64,000 nt of DNA, taken from Akkermansia sp. (GTDB taxonomy: Bacteria; Verrucomicrobiota; Verrucomicrobiia; Verrucomicrobiales; Akkermansiaceae). The DNA is taken from assembly GCA_024405435.1 (NCBI GenBank), contig JAKSOU010000004.1, forward strand, positions 576 through 64,575. The letters are read 5' to 3'. The notes under the pieces were generated by a model that was not told the origin of the DNA, made no database searches, and saw only the letters and a list, made by a program, of their open reading frames with translations. How positions within the stretch are numbered: position 1 is the first letter of the stretch; the number at the start of each line of letters is the position of its first letter. Position numbers and translations under genes: made by a program. Positions 1-10,279 of the stretch are shown in pieces.

Positions 1-1650
1 GAGGAGCCCTCCGGCCACGATTTCGCCCTGGATTCCCCGGAGGCCCAGGAGCGCGTGAAGGAACTCATCCGCCAGGCACAGGAGCAGGGCAACTACCTCA
101 CCTACGACGACATCAACGACATGCTGCCGCAGAGCCTGCTGGAGGCCGGCGACATGGACGACGTCATCTCCCGCCTGCGCGGCATGGGCATCGACATCAT
201 CGATGCCGCGGAGGTGGACTCGTACCGCGAGCGCCAGCGCCTGAGCAACGGCGACGACGAGACGGACGCGGAGAAACTGGACGCCAAGATGGATATCCTG
301 GACGACCCTGTGCGCATGTACCTGAAGCAGATGGGGCTCAAGGAGCTGCTCTCCCGCGAGAAGGAGGTGGAAATCTCCCGCCGCATCGACCAGGCGGAAG
401 GCTCCCTGCTGGAGAACCTGCACCAGTTCGGCGTGGTGGCAAACTACTACTGCGACGTGGCGGCCCGCATCCGCGCCAACAAGGAGCGGTTTGACCGCGT
501 GGTGTCCGACAAGACCATCGACCGCCGCGAGAAGTACACGGAGGAGCTGCCCCCGCTCATCAACAAGGTGCAGGCCAAGCGCGAATCCGTGAAGCGCCTC
601 TACAAGCACCTGAGCGATGCCCGCCGCCGCAAGCGCGGCGTGGCCGCCGCACAGGCCGCATTCGAGGAGGCCCGCAAGGAGCTCGTGGCTCTCTACCCCC
701 AGTTCTGCTTCAAGGGCAAGGTCTTCGAGGACTTCGTCAACAAGCTCAAGGAAACCCGCACCATGGTGGTCAAGCTCCAGAAACAGCTGGAGAAGAACCC
801 CAGGAACTCCCAGGCCAAGGATGCCCTGGCCGAGTACGAGATGGACCTCTGGATGACCATGGACGATTTCAAGCGCAGCTCCAAGCTCATGCGCCAGAGC
901 ATGCGGGAGGCCCAGGAGGCCAAGAAGGAGATGATTGAGGCCAATCTGCGCCTGGTGATCTCCATTGCCAAGAAATACACCAACCGCGGGCTCGCGTTCC
1001 TGGATTTGATCCAGGAGGGCAACATGGGGTTGATGAAGGCGGTGGAGAAGTTCGAGTACCGCCGCGGCTACAAGTTCTCCACCTACGCCACCTGGTGGAT
1101 CCGCCAGGCCATCACCCGCTCCATTGCGGACCAGGCGCGCACCATCCGCATCCCCGTGCACATGATCGAGACCATCAACAAGCTCATGCGCGTGCAGAAG
1201 GGCCTGGTGCAGAGCCTGGGCCGCGAACCCACGCCGGAAGAACTCGCGGCCGAGATCGGTTACACCGTGGAGAAGGTGCGCAATGTCCTCAAGATGGCCC
1301 AGCAGCCCATCTCCATGCAGCAGCCCGTTGGTGATTCCGACGACACCTCGTTCGGCGATTTCCTGGAGGACAAGAGCGCGGAGAACCCCATGGACGGGGC
1401 ATCCTACAACTCCCTGCGCGACAAGATAGCGGATGTGCTCAACACGCTCAACTCCCGCGAGCGCGCCGTCATCGAGCAGCGTTTCGGGCTGAAGGACGGC
1501 ACCCCGCGCACCCTGGAGGAGGTGGGCCGCCAGTTCAACGTGACCCGCGAGCGTATCCGCCAGATTGAGGCCAAGGCCCTGCGCAAGCTCAGGCACCCAA
1601 CGCGCATCAGCAAGATCACCGGCTACCTGCCGGATTCCGCGGAGGGCTGA
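1..1650 (+). CDS. rpoD: RNA polymerase primary sigma factor (5' truncated by window edge)
   Basis: Region 1.1 ([11 protein letters not shown]), 1.2 (DDPVRMYL), region 2 ([27 protein letters not shown]) and region 4 HTH ([20 protein letters not shown]). Frame is open back to base 1. Confidence 0.97.
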   Translation, partial: EEPSGHDFALDSPEAQERVKELIRQAQEQGNYLTYDDINDMLPQSLLEAGDMDDVISRLRGMGIDIIDAAEVDSYRERQRLSNGDDETDAEKLDAKMDILDDPVRMYLKQMGLKELLSREKEVEISRRIDQAEGSLLENLHQFGVVANYYCDVAARIRANKERFDRVVSDKTIDRREKYTEELPPLINKVQAKRESVKRLYKHLSDARRRKRGVAAAQAAFEEARKELVALYPQFCFKGKVFEDFVNKLKETRTMVVKLQKQLEKNPRNSQAKDALAEYEMDLWMTMDDFKRSSKLMRQSMREAQEAKKEMIEANLRLVISIAKKYTNRGLAFLDLIQEGNMGLMKAVEKFEYRRGYKFSTYATWWIRQAITRSIADQARTIRIPVHMIETINKLMRVQKGLVQSLGREPTPEELAAEIGYTVEKVRNVLKMAQQPISMQQPVGDSDDTSFGDFLEDKSAENPMDGASYNSLRDKIADVLNTLNSRERAVIEQRFGLKDGTPRTLEEVGRQFNVTRERIRQIEAKALRKLRHPTRISKITGYLPDSAEG

Positions 1651-1675
1651 CCTGTCTCCCCCGCACGCTTTCCCA

Positions 1676-1712
1676 GGCGCTCTCCCCAAACGCGGGGCGG
1701 GCGCCTTTTTTT
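1676..1712 (+). terminator. Intrinsic terminator after rpoD
   Basis: GGCGC..CCCC / GGGG..GCGCC hairpin followed by T7. Confidence 0.75.
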
Positions 1713-1745
1713 GCCATTTTTTTTGTGAAATCCGCGCTTTTTGGG

Positions 1746-1774
1746 GTGACTTCCCGCGCGCGGTGTGGTATAGT
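1746..1774 (+). promoter_or_regulatory. Sigma70-like promoter of secretin gene
   Basis: GTGACT-17-TATAGT with TG extension; ATG lies 12 nt downstream. Confidence 0.6.
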
Positions 1775-1786
1775 ACCCGCAAAAGC

Positions 1787-4342
1787 ATGAGAAAAGCGAT
1801 TAATCGCCTTGCGGCCCTTTCTTTGGCAGTCCCGGTGGTCCTGTCCGGCGTTCCTGCGGCCTCTGCGCAGGATGACCCCGGCAGTATCGTCACGCGGGAG
1901 AGTTCGCGCCGGCAGCTCCAGCTGCAGGACGCCATGTTGCAGGTGCAGGAGGCCCGCCAGGCCTACAGGAGCAAGCGCTACACGGAGGCTGAGGAGCACT
2001 ACCGCAGCGCCCTGGCCGTCATCCCCAAGGTTGATGCCACCGCCCAGCACGTGCAGTTCATCAAGGACAGCCTGTCCGACGCCCTTATCGCCAAGGCCAT
2101 CGACTACCGCTCCGTGGGCCGCACGGACGAGGCGCTCGCCTTCCTCAAGGAGGCCGTGGAGCTCTCCCCCTCCAACAAGCGCGCCAAGGGTGAGCTGGCC
2201 ATGACCGCCGACCCCCAGCGCAACAACCCCGCACTCTCCCCCCAGCACGTGGGCAACGTGGAGGAGGTGGAGCGCCTCCTCACCCTCGCTTATGGCTACC
2301 TGGACCTCGGCAGGTACGACGAGGCCGAGCAGACCTTCCGCCAGGTGGCGAGGCACGATGCCTACAACACCGCCGCACAGCGCGGTATTGAGGCCGTCAA
2401 CAAGTACCGCTCGCGCTACAGCAAGTCCTCCCGCGACCAGGCACGCGCCAAGGCCCTGGAGGATGTGGACGCCACGTGGGACGACGAGAACCTGGAGACC
2501 GGCATGGCCCCCAAGCCGCTGGACGAGCCGACGGGCGATTCCGTATCCGCGGAGGTGAACGGCGGGCTCATCGTGGAGGACGCGGTGGAGGAAACGCGCG
2601 TATCCCACATGCTGGACGACATCCGCCTGCCGCACATGGTGTTCGACGAGGCCAGCGTGCTGGACGTGGTGGACGCGCTGCAGGCGCAGGTGACGCGCTA
2701 CGAGCGCGAGAACCCCACCGGCTCCCGCCATTTGAACATCTCCACGGATTTCGGCCCCGTGGACTCCCCCGGCTACACCGCCATCATGGAGAAGCACGTC
2801 ACCCTCAACCTGAGCGATGTGACGCTGCGCGAGATGCTGGACCTGCTCTCCCGCCAGCTGGGGCTTTCGTACTACCTGACGCCGCTGGGCGTGGAGGTGG
2901 CGTACTCCGGGCGTGATTTCGGCCCCATGGTGGAGCGCGTGTACTCCGTGCCGCCGCACTTCTTCGACCAGGAGGAGAACGAGGGGGACGAGACGAGCGA
3001 GGACGACTTCACCAGCGGCACCTCACGCGTGGTGGTGAAGCGCATGAACCCCGTGAAGGTGCTCAAGGACATGGGCATCTCCTTCCCGGACGGCTCCAAC
3101 GCCCGCTACGATTCCAACAACCGCCGCCTCACCGTGCGCAACACCGTGCACAACCAGGAGGAGATTGAAAACCTCATCGCCACCCCGCTCAAGACCAACA
3201 GCAACTCCGTGGTCCTCAGCGTGATCGCCGCAGAGGTGAGCGAGACCGACCTCAAGGAGCTCGGCTTCGAGTGGCTCGTCAACATGAACGTCTCCCCCAA
3301 GGGCAACTCCATCCTCAGCGGCGGCGGCGTGGACACGCTTGCACAGGCTGCCGGCCTGCCCATGGCCTCCGTGGAGGGCGGCGACCCCAACATTCCTGAA
3401 ATCGGCGGCCTGCGCTCCGGCGAGGGCGCCATCTCCACCTCCAGCATGGACCGCCTCATCTCCCGCGGCAGCACCTCCGCCTTCGCCGCCGCCATGACCG
3501 ACCAGCCCAAGGCTCCCGGCATCATGACCGTGCGCGGCGTCTGGGGCGCCGGTGACGTGGCCGTCATCATGCGCGGCCTGGACCAGAAGAAGGGTGCGGA
3601 CGTGATGGAGAACCCGCGCATGATCTTCACCCCCGGCATGGAGGAGCAGGTGGTGTTCGCCAATGTGCGCGAGCTCTACTACCCGGAATCCTACGAGGCC
3701 CCGCAAATCAGCTCCTCCACCGGCGGTGGCGGCGGCACCAACGCCACGGGTGGCCGGAACATGGGCATGCAGTCCACCGTTGCCACGGCCTCCCACCCGG
3801 AGAGCTTCCTGCGCTTCGGCATGACCGAGGACGCCGTGGGCGGCGTGGGCTCCATCCTCCAGGTCCACAGCGCGGAGGTTTCCGAGGACGGCCAGTTCAT
3901 CACCATCGCACTCACCGTCACCGTCAATGATTTCGAGGGCTTCGTCAACTGGGGCTCCCCAATTGACTCCTACCTCTGGGGCCCCGGCGTAGGCGTGAAC
4001 GCCAACGGCAACGCCAACCGCAACCTCACCAAGGTGCGCCTTACGGAGAACAGGATCCTGCAGCCCATCTTCAAGCGCCGCATGGAGAACACCAAGATCA
4101 CCCTGGCCCCAGGCTCCGTGGTGGTCATCGGCGGTTTGCAGGAATCCAAGATGGTGCGCTTCGAGGACAAGCTGCCCATCCTGGGAGACCTGCCGCTCGT
4201 GGGGCGCTTCTTCCGTTCGGAAGGCCAGGAGAGCACACGCAAGGCGCTCATCTTCTTCGCCAAGGTGGATGTGGTGGATCCCACCGGCAAGGACCCCAAC
4301 ACCGGAAGGCATCCCGGTTCCTTCTTCGATGCCCAGAACTAA
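1787..4342 (+). CDS. TPR-containing secretin (type II/III secretion or type IV pilus outer-membrane channel family)
   Basis: Signal peptide after ATG 1787, TPR-like helices, and C-terminal secretin motif (VVIGGL...EDKLPILGDLPLVGRFFRSE...ALIFF). Confidence 0.85.
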   Translation: MRKAINRLAALSLAVPVVLSGVPAASAQDDPGSIVTRESSRRQLQLQDAMLQVQEARQAYRSKRYTEAEEHYRSALAVIPKVDATAQHVQFIKDSLSDALIAKAIDYRSVGRTDEALAFLKEAVELSPSNKRAKGELAMTADPQRNNPALSPQHVGNVEEVERLLTLAYGYLDLGRYDEAEQTFRQVARHDAYNTAAQRGIEAVNKYRSRYSKSSRDQARAKALEDVDATWDDENLETGMAPKPLDEPTGDSVSAEVNGGLIVEDAVEETRVSHMLDDIRLPHMVFDEASVLDVVDALQAQVTRYERENPTGSRHLNISTDFGPVDSPGYTAIMEKHVTLNLSDVTLREMLDLLSRQLGLSYYLTPLGVEVAYSGRDFGPMVERVYSVPPHFFDQEENEGDETSEDDFTSGTSRVVVKRMNPVKVLKDMGISFPDGSNARYDSNNRRLTVRNTVHNQEEIENLIATPLKTNSNSVVLSVIAAEVSETDLKELGFEWLVNMNVSPKGNSILSGGGVDTLAQAAGLPMASVEGGDPNIPEIGGLRSGEGAISTSSMDRLISRGSTSAFAAAMTDQPKAPGIMTVRGVWGAGDVAVIMRGLDQKKGADVMENPRMIFTPGMEEQVVFANVRELYYPESYEAPQISSSTGGGGGTNATGGRNMGMQSTVATASHPESFLRFGMTEDAVGGVGSILQVHSAEVSEDGQFITIALTVTVNDFEGFVNWGSPIDSYLWGPGVGVNANGNANRNLTKVRLTENRILQPIFKRRMENTKITLAPGSVVVIGGLQESKMVRFEDKLPILGDLPLVGRFFRSEGQESTRKALIFFAKVDVVDPTGKDPNTGRHPGSFFDAQN

Positions 4343-4354
4343 CCCTTTCCCATC

Positions 4355-6100
4355 ATGGCACAGCACAAGGACGACAAGTACGCAGACGAACCGACGCAGG
4401 TTCGCAGCATCATCAAGCAGCTCAACAACGACAAGCCCTCCAAGGTCAAATCCAAAGAGGTCGTCATTCGGGCGGACGGCACCAAGGTCGTCCGCGTCAC
4501 CAAGAAGCGCAGGGTGATGCTTTCCGAATCCGACAAGAAGCGCAAGGGGCGCAAGCAGTTCCTGCTGGTGCTGCTGGCTATCTTCCTGCTCTCTGTGGTG
4601 GGGCTGGGCGTCTTCTTTGTCCGCATGGCGAGCATGACGGGAGAATCCTACGTGAACAAGCAGGCCGCGGAGCTGAAGGAGGTTTGGGGCGCAAGCGATA
4701 TGCGCGTGGTGGGCAGCGGCGTGAGCGGAAACGGCTTCCACCTGGATTCCCTGGTGGTCACCTTCCCGGAATCCTCCATGGTGGAGCGCGTGGAAATCAA
4801 CGGCATTGAGGCGGAGCTGGATTCCTCCACCTTCTTCTCCGGCCACCTCACAGGCGACCTCATCCGCGCCAAGCGGATATTCATCCGCATGCGCGAGGGT
4901 GCCAAGAACCTTTCCTTCCCCCTCCGCCACGGGGACGACCTGTGGTTCTTCCGCCGCGTGGAGTGCGCCGATTTCAACCTCTGCTTCGGGGAAGGGGAGA
5001 ACTCCCCCGTTTCCATTGAGCACAGCTACGCCTACATGTACTACCCCGACAACGCCTACCGCGACGAGTGCGTGTTCTGCCTGAAGGACGGCGTGGTCAA
5101 GATGTCCGGCTGGAAGAAAATCCATATCACCAACGGCAAGTTCAACGTTTCCAAGGTGGCTATCGAGGATTTCGCGCTGGAGGGCACCACGGACGCCGTG
5201 GGCGCCGGCAACACCATGGAATCTGCCGTCACCAGGCTCGCCATCTACGGCAGCATCCTGGACCAGGCTCCCCTGGCGGGCCCGTACACCTTTGATTCCG
5301 ACAACATGCCGCTGACGGAGTTCACCGATGGCCGTTTCCAGTTCTTCATGGCGGCCAAGACGCGCTCCGTTCCGCAGGCCAAGGAGAAGTCCAAGGCTCT
5401 TGTCACGCTGCCTTTCAACCACAACAAACCCCAGTTCCGCGGCGATTTCCCCGTCAAGCAGCTCAGCATCATGGAAATCCCCGCCGTCTTCAAGCTCATT
5501 GAGCATATCGAGCCGGTGCGCCGCAAGACCTACACCCCGCCCACCATTCACGAGGCCCTGATTCAGCTGGACCACGTGGACGATTCCATCATCGCCCGCA
5601 TCGAGGAAGGCCAGGCCGTGGAGCGCGACACCATTGAAATCCGCTGCGACCTCAGCGTGGATGATGTCAACCAGCTCAAGGGCACCATGTCCTTCGGCCT
5701 GCCGGCGGTGCTCACCCATGCGGAGTATCCGGACGGCATGGCGGACCCCATCCTGCAGGAGACGGACGGTATGGCGTGGCTCACCGCCCAGGTGAGCGGC
5801 CCCGCCAACCACCCGCAGGATGACAGCGACATCCTGGAGGCCCGCGCGGCGGAGGCCCGCAAGAGCCGCCCCGAACGGATTCCCTTCGAGCGTATCGACG
5901 TGGACCGCCTGGCCGAGAGGATGCGCCAGGCCACAGAGGAGCGCGACGTGCGCCCGCAGCCGGAGAACAACAAGGATTTTGACCTGGACAAGCGCAACCG
6001 CGACAACCCCTTTGGGTCCGGGGCGGATGAGAAGCAGAAGGCCCCGACCATAGACGATTCCGCGAGTGACATTTTCAACAACGAGGTCTCTCCGTTCTAA
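4355..6100 (+). CDS. Membrane-anchored hypothetical protein (possibly AsmA-like)
   Basis: 581-aa ORF with typical codon usage, a basic N-terminus, one TM helix (FLLVLLAIFLLSVVGLGVFFV) and a beta-rich extracytoplasmic part. AsmA similarity is inference only. Confidence 0.7.
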   Translation: MAQHKDDKYADEPTQVRSIIKQLNNDKPSKVKSKEVVIRADGTKVVRVTKKRRVMLSESDKKRKGRKQFLLVLLAIFLLSVVGLGVFFVRMASMTGESYVNKQAAELKEVWGASDMRVVGSGVSGNGFHLDSLVVTFPESSMVERVEINGIEAELDSSTFFSGHLTGDLIRAKRIFIRMREGAKNLSFPLRHGDDLWFFRRVECADFNLCFGEGENSPVSIEHSYAYMYYPDNAYRDECVFCLKDGVVKMSGWKKIHITNGKFNVSKVAIEDFALEGTTDAVGAGNTMESAVTRLAIYGSILDQAPLAGPYTFDSDNMPLTEFTDGRFQFFMAAKTRSVPQAKEKSKALVTLPFNHNKPQFRGDFPVKQLSIMEIPAVFKLIEHIEPVRRKTYTPPTIHEALIQLDHVDDSIIARIEEGQAVERDTIEIRCDLSVDDVNQLKGTMSFGLPAVLTHAEYPDGMADPILQETDGMAWLTAQVSGPANHPQDDSDILEARAAEARKSRPERIPFERIDVDRLAERMRQATEERDVRPQPENNKDFDLDKRNRDNPFGSGADEKQKAPTIDDSASDIFNNEVSPF

Positions 6101-6122
6101 GGCATAGCCGCCGGCCCCGTAG

Positions 6123-6845
6123 ATGGACAATCGGGATACAGAACTGCGCAGCGCGTGGTGGTCGCGCCTGGCGGGGCATCTCCTCTGGCTTGTGGCGATA
6201 CCCTGGTGCATGAGCCTGCGCAAGCGCTTTGTGGCATCGGAGGCGGAGCGTGCGCGGACCCCCGGCACGGAACCCGTGATTGCGGCCTTTTGGCACAACC
6301 GCATCTTTGTAACGGCGCATTTCCACCGCTACGTGATCAGGCAGCGCGTGCCCATGTGCCTGCTCAGCAGCGCCAGTAAGGATGGCGCCATGATGGAAAC
6401 TTTCGTCGACCACTACGGCATCCGCGTGGTGCGCGGCTCAAGCCGCCGCCGCGGCATTGCCGCCTTCAAGGGCCTGCTCCGCGCCGCGCGCGAGGGATGC
6501 AGCGTCAGCATCACCACGGACGGCCCCAAGGGGCCCGTCTACAAATCCCACCCGGGCGTGGTGAAGCTGGCCTCCCTCACCGGGCTGCCCATTGTGCCCG
6601 TGAGCGTGGATATGCCGTGCTGCTGGCGCGCCAGGAAGGCGTGGGACAAGTTCGCCGTGCCCCTGCCGTTCTCCAAGGTGACCCTCTTCTGGGGCGACCG
6701 CATCACCGTGCCCGCCGATGCCTCCGACGAGGTGCTGGCGGAATACGCGCAGCGCCTGGACGCCGCCATGAGCCACGGCCTCCCGGACTTTGAACCCATT
6801 GATGATTTTATCCAACAACAAAGACATGACACCGACACTGATTGA
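6123..6845 (+). CDS. DUF374 / lysophospholipid acyltransferase family protein
   Basis: [24 protein letters not shown] motifs. Confidence 0.85.
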   Translation: MDNRDTELRSAWWSRLAGHLLWLVAIPWCMSLRKRFVASEAERARTPGTEPVIAAFWHNRIFVTAHFHRYVIRQRVPMCLLSSASKDGAMMETFVDHYGIRVVRGSSRRRGIAAFKGLLRAAREGCSVSITTDGPKGPVYKSHPGVVKLASLTGLPIVPVSVDMPCCWRARKAWDKFAVPLPFSKVTLFWGDRITVPADASDEVLAEYAQRLDAAMSHGLPDFEPIDDFIQQQRHDTDTD

Positions 6846-7704
6846 CGGAAAGGAAGTGGCCAACCGCGTGCGCGAGGGCCTGAAAGCCGAGATTGCAGAG
6901 CTCACCGCCGCCGGGCACACCCCGGGGCTGGCCGTGGTGCTGGTGGGGGAGGACCCCGCCTCGCAGGTCTACGTGGGCTCCAAGGTCAAGGCCTGCGCAG
7001 AGCTCGGCCTCTACTCCCAGAAGTGGGCGCTCCCCACGGAAACCACCCAGCAGGAGCTCGTGGAGCTCATTCACAAGCTCAACGCGGACGACCGCATCCA
7101 CGGCATCCTGGTGCAGAGCCCGCCCCCGCCGCATATCGACGAGGAGGCCGTCATCCTCAACATCGACCCCCGCAAGGATGTGGACGGCTTTCACCCCGCG
7201 AACGTGGCCAAGCTGGTGCTGGAGGACGAGGAGGGCTTTGTTCCCTGCACGCCGCTGGGCTGCATGGAGCTGCTCAAGGCGTACGGCATAGAGACCGCCG
7301 GCAAGCACGCCGTGGTGGTGGGCCGCAGCATGATTGTGGGCAAGCCCATGGCCAACCTACTGGTGGCCAAGAAGGCGAACGCCACCGTCACCATCGCCCA
7401 TTCCCGCACCAAGGATTTGCCGGGCCTCTGCCGCACCGCGGACATCATCGTGGCCGCCGTCGGACGCCCGGAGATGATCAAGGCCGATTTCGTGAAGGAG
7501 GGCGCCGTGGTCCTTGATGTGGGCATCAACCGCATCCCGGACGCCACGCGCCCGCGCGGGTACCGCATCGTGGGCGATGTGGACTTCGCGGCCGTGAAGG
7601 ACCGCTGCTCCTACATCACCCCCGTGCCCGGCGGCGTGGGCCCCATGACCATCGCCATGCTCATGGCCAACACGGTGAAGGCCTGCCGCCAGCTCACCCG
7701 CTGA
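6826..7704 (+). CDS. folD: Bifunctional methylene-THF dehydrogenase/cyclohydrolase
   Basis: [43 protein letters not shown]. Confidence 0.97.
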   Translation: MTPTLIDGKEVANRVREGLKAEIAELTAAGHTPGLAVVLVGEDPASQVYVGSKVKACAELGLYSQKWALPTETTQQELVELIHKLNADDRIHGILVQSPPPPHIDEEAVILNIDPRKDVDGFHPANVAKLVLEDEEGFVPCTPLGCMELLKAYGIETAGKHAVVVGRSMIVGKPMANLLVAKKANATVTIAHSRTKDLPGLCRTADIIVAAVGRPEMIKADFVKEGAVVLDVGINRIPDATRPRGYRIVGDVDFAAVKDRCSYITPVPGGVGPMTIAMLMANTVKACRQLTR

Positions 7705-7707
7705 ACC

Positions 7708-8313
7708 ATGCGCGCCCTTTCCACAGCCCTTGCCCTGCATGCCGCCCTCATGCTGGCGGCTTGCACGGGCGTGGACGGCCACGCCAAGGTCACCCTCAAC
7801 ACCCCGCCCCAGCTCTCCGGCCAAAACGCGCAGGCCGTGGCCGCCTACTACAACAGCCCGGAATTCAAGCTGCGGTATGAGGATCCCCGCGTGCCGGACG
7901 ACTACGACGAATTCAAGCGCGTCTCCATCTACCCCCTCACCTACAAGGTCTGGAAAAGTTCCGCCCTCATGAAGGCCGCCGGCCCCCGCCGCGTCCTCAT
8001 CGATTTGCAGCTCCAGCGCGGCTTCCTCTACGTGAACGATGAAATCGCCATGGATTTCCCCGTCTGCTCCGGAAAGGAGGACGGCACGCCCCGCGGCTCC
8101 TACACCGTGCTGGAAAAGCAGGTCCACCACGTCTCCAACCTCTACGGCGTCTCCATGCCCTACTTCATGCGCCTCTCCAATGACGGCATCGGCATGCACG
8201 TCGGCTATGTCGGCCGCGAACCCCTCTCCCACGGCTGCATCCGCATCCCGCGCAACGCCTGCGTGCCCCTCTACAACAACATCCCCAACGGCACCCCCGT
8301 GGATGTGCAGTGA
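7708..8313 (+). CDS. L,D-transpeptidase (YkuD family) lipoprotein
   Basis: Lipobox LAAC; catalytic HVG...SHGCIR motif. Confidence 0.88.
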   Translation: MRALSTALALHAALMLAACTGVDGHAKVTLNTPPQLSGQNAQAVAAYYNSPEFKLRYEDPRVPDDYDEFKRVSIYPLTYKVWKSSALMKAAGPRRVLIDLQLQRGFLYVNDEIAMDFPVCSGKEDGTPRGSYTVLEKQVHHVSNLYGVSMPYFMRLSNDGIGMHVGYVGREPLSHGCIRIPRNACVPLYNNIPNGTPVDVQ

Positions 8314-8365
8314 ACGGTTGGAAAAAACACTCGCCAGATGGGCGGTCTTGTGATAAGAGGAGAAT

Positions 8366-9322
8366 ATGCACAAGGCATTATTTGTTTTGCTGGCGTGCCT
8401 GGTGACGCTGGCCACGGCGTTCGGGCTGGACTACTCCGCGGATGAGCTGTGGGTGTTCCGCGAGAATGAAAAGCCCACGGCGGAGAAGCCGGTGGACGTG
8501 TTCTTCCTCTGCCCCACGGTGTCCATGGGGAGCGAGCAGAACATGGATGTGAAGAGCACCGCCTCCCGCTTCATCTTCAAGCGCAGCGTGAGCGGGCAGA
8601 AGGGTATCTATTCCGATGCCGCGCGCTTCTTCGCCCCCTACTACCGCCAGAAGACCATGGCGCACTACATGGACCCCAAGGCGCAGGAGGTGGCCTACGG
8701 CGACGCCAGGGACGCCTTCCTGTACTTCCTGGAGCATGAGAGCCAGGGACGCCCGTTCATCATCGCGGGCTTCAGCCAGGGCAGCGAGCACGCGCTGCAC
8801 CTCATCAAGGATGTGCTGGCGGATCCCAAGATAGCCAAGCGCATGGTGGCCGCGTACCTCATCGGCTGGTGCATCACGGAGCGCGACACCGCCGCAGCCC
8901 CGCAGCTCAAGCCCGCCCAGGGGGAGAAGGACACCGGCGTGTTCGTCTCCTGGAACACGGAGGCGCCGGACGTGACGGCGTCCGCCCTGGTGCCGCGCGG
9001 CGCGCGCTCGCTGTGCATCAACCCGCTCAACTGGAAGACGGACGCCACGCCCGCGCCCGCCGAGCTCAACAAGGGCGCCCAGGTGGACAGCATGCTGGGC
9101 GGCGGCAAGAGCAAGCCGCACTACTGCGGCGCCGTCATCAACACCAAGCGCGGCACCGTGAACCCCGTCTTCCCGAAGGGCACCTCCGCCCCGAGCGGTG
9201 CGGGCATCATGGGCCGCGGCGTCTACCACGCGTACGATCCCTTCTTCTTCTATGAGAACCTGCGCGAGAACGTGCAGACCCGCATCCACGCCTACACTTC
9301 CAATCACTCCAAGAAATCATGA
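8366..9322 (+). CDS. DUF3089 family secreted alpha/beta hydrolase, copy 1
   Basis: Signal peptide; VDVFFLCPT, FAPYYRQ, GRPFIIAGFSQG, CINPLNW, YHAYD. Confidence 0.85.
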   Translation: MHKALFVLLACLVTLATAFGLDYSADELWVFRENEKPTAEKPVDVFFLCPTVSMGSEQNMDVKSTASRFIFKRSVSGQKGIYSDAARFFAPYYRQKTMAHYMDPKAQEVAYGDARDAFLYFLEHESQGRPFIIAGFSQGSEHALHLIKDVLADPKIAKRMVAAYLIGWCITERDTAAAPQLKPAQGEKDTGVFVSWNTEAPDVTASALVPRGARSLCINPLNWKTDATPAPAELNKGAQVDSMLGGGKSKPHYCGAVINTKRGTVNPVFPKGTSAPSGAGIMGRGVYHAYDPFFFYENLRENVQTRIHAYTSNHSKKS

Positions 9323-10263
9323 AAAAGGCATTTGGCATATTGCTGGCATGCCTCCTGGCGCTGGGAACGGCGCGGGGGCTGGACTATTCCGACAACGAGA
9401 TGTGGGTGTACCGCGAAAACGGAACACCCGCGCCCGACAAGCCGGTGGACGTGTTTTTCCTCAGCCCCACCGTGGGCATGGGGAACGTGGTGAACCTGGA
9501 TGTGAAGGATCCCGCATCCCGCGCCAACACCAAGCGCGCCGTGGATGCAGAGAAGGGCATCTATGCCGATGCCGCGCGCTTCTTCTCCCCCTACTACCGC
9601 ATGAAATCCATGCCCCAGCGCCTGGACCCCAAGGCCCAGGAGGTGACGTACTCCGACGTGAAGGCCGCGTTCCTGCACTATCTGGAGCACGACAACCAGG
9701 GCCGCCCGTTCATCATTGCGGGCTTCAGCCAGGGCAGCCAGCAGGCCATGTTCCTCATCCAGGACGTGCTGTCGGACCCCAAGATCGCCGGGCGCATGGT
9801 GGCGGCGTACCTCATCGGCCTGAGCGTCACGGAAAGGGAGACCGCCGGGCATCCGCAGCTCAAGCCCGCGCAGGGGGAGAGCGACACCGGGGTGTTCGTC
9901 TCTTGGAACACGGAATCCGCGGACACGAAGGGTTCCATGCTGGTTCCCCCCGACACGCTCTCCCTGTGCATCAACCCGCTGAACTGGAAGACGGATGCCA
10001 CGCCCGCGCCGCCGGAGCTGAACGAGGGCGCGCGCATGGACCTCGGGCCGCGCGGCAAGCTGCAGCCGCACTACTGCGGCGCGGTCATCAACCCCAAGCG
10101 CGGAACGGTGAACCCCGTCTTCACCGCGGAGCATCCCGCCCCGCCCCACCTGCACGGCGGCTCCTACCACGGGATGGATCCCTGCTTCTTCTACGAGAAC
10201 CACCGCCGCAACGTGCAGACCCGCATCCGCGCCTACACCGCCAAACACTCCAAGCGCCGGTGA
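9319..10263 (+). CDS. DUF3089 family secreted alpha/beta hydrolase, copy 2
   Basis: Paralog of the upstream gene with the same motifs; ATGA overlap. Confidence 0.85.
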   Translation: MKKAFGILLACLLALGTARGLDYSDNEMWVYRENGTPAPDKPVDVFFLSPTVGMGNVVNLDVKDPASRANTKRAVDAEKGIYADAARFFSPYYRMKSMPQRLDPKAQEVTYSDVKAAFLHYLEHDNQGRPFIIAGFSQGSQQAMFLIQDVLSDPKIAGRMVAAYLIGLSVTERETAGHPQLKPAQGESDTGVFVSWNTESADTKGSMLVPPDTLSLCINPLNWKTDATPAPPELNEGARMDLGPRGKLQPHYCGAVINPKRGTVNPVFTAEHPAPPHLHGGSYHGMDPCFFYENHRRNVQTRIRAYTAKHSKRR

Positions 10264-10279
10264 CCCGCCCGCCCGGCGC

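Noticed and set aside
1787-4342. Naming the secretin as the Akkermansia Amuc_1098 ortholog
   Set aside because: The expected adjacent pilus-cluster genes are absent here and orthology cannot be tested without a search.
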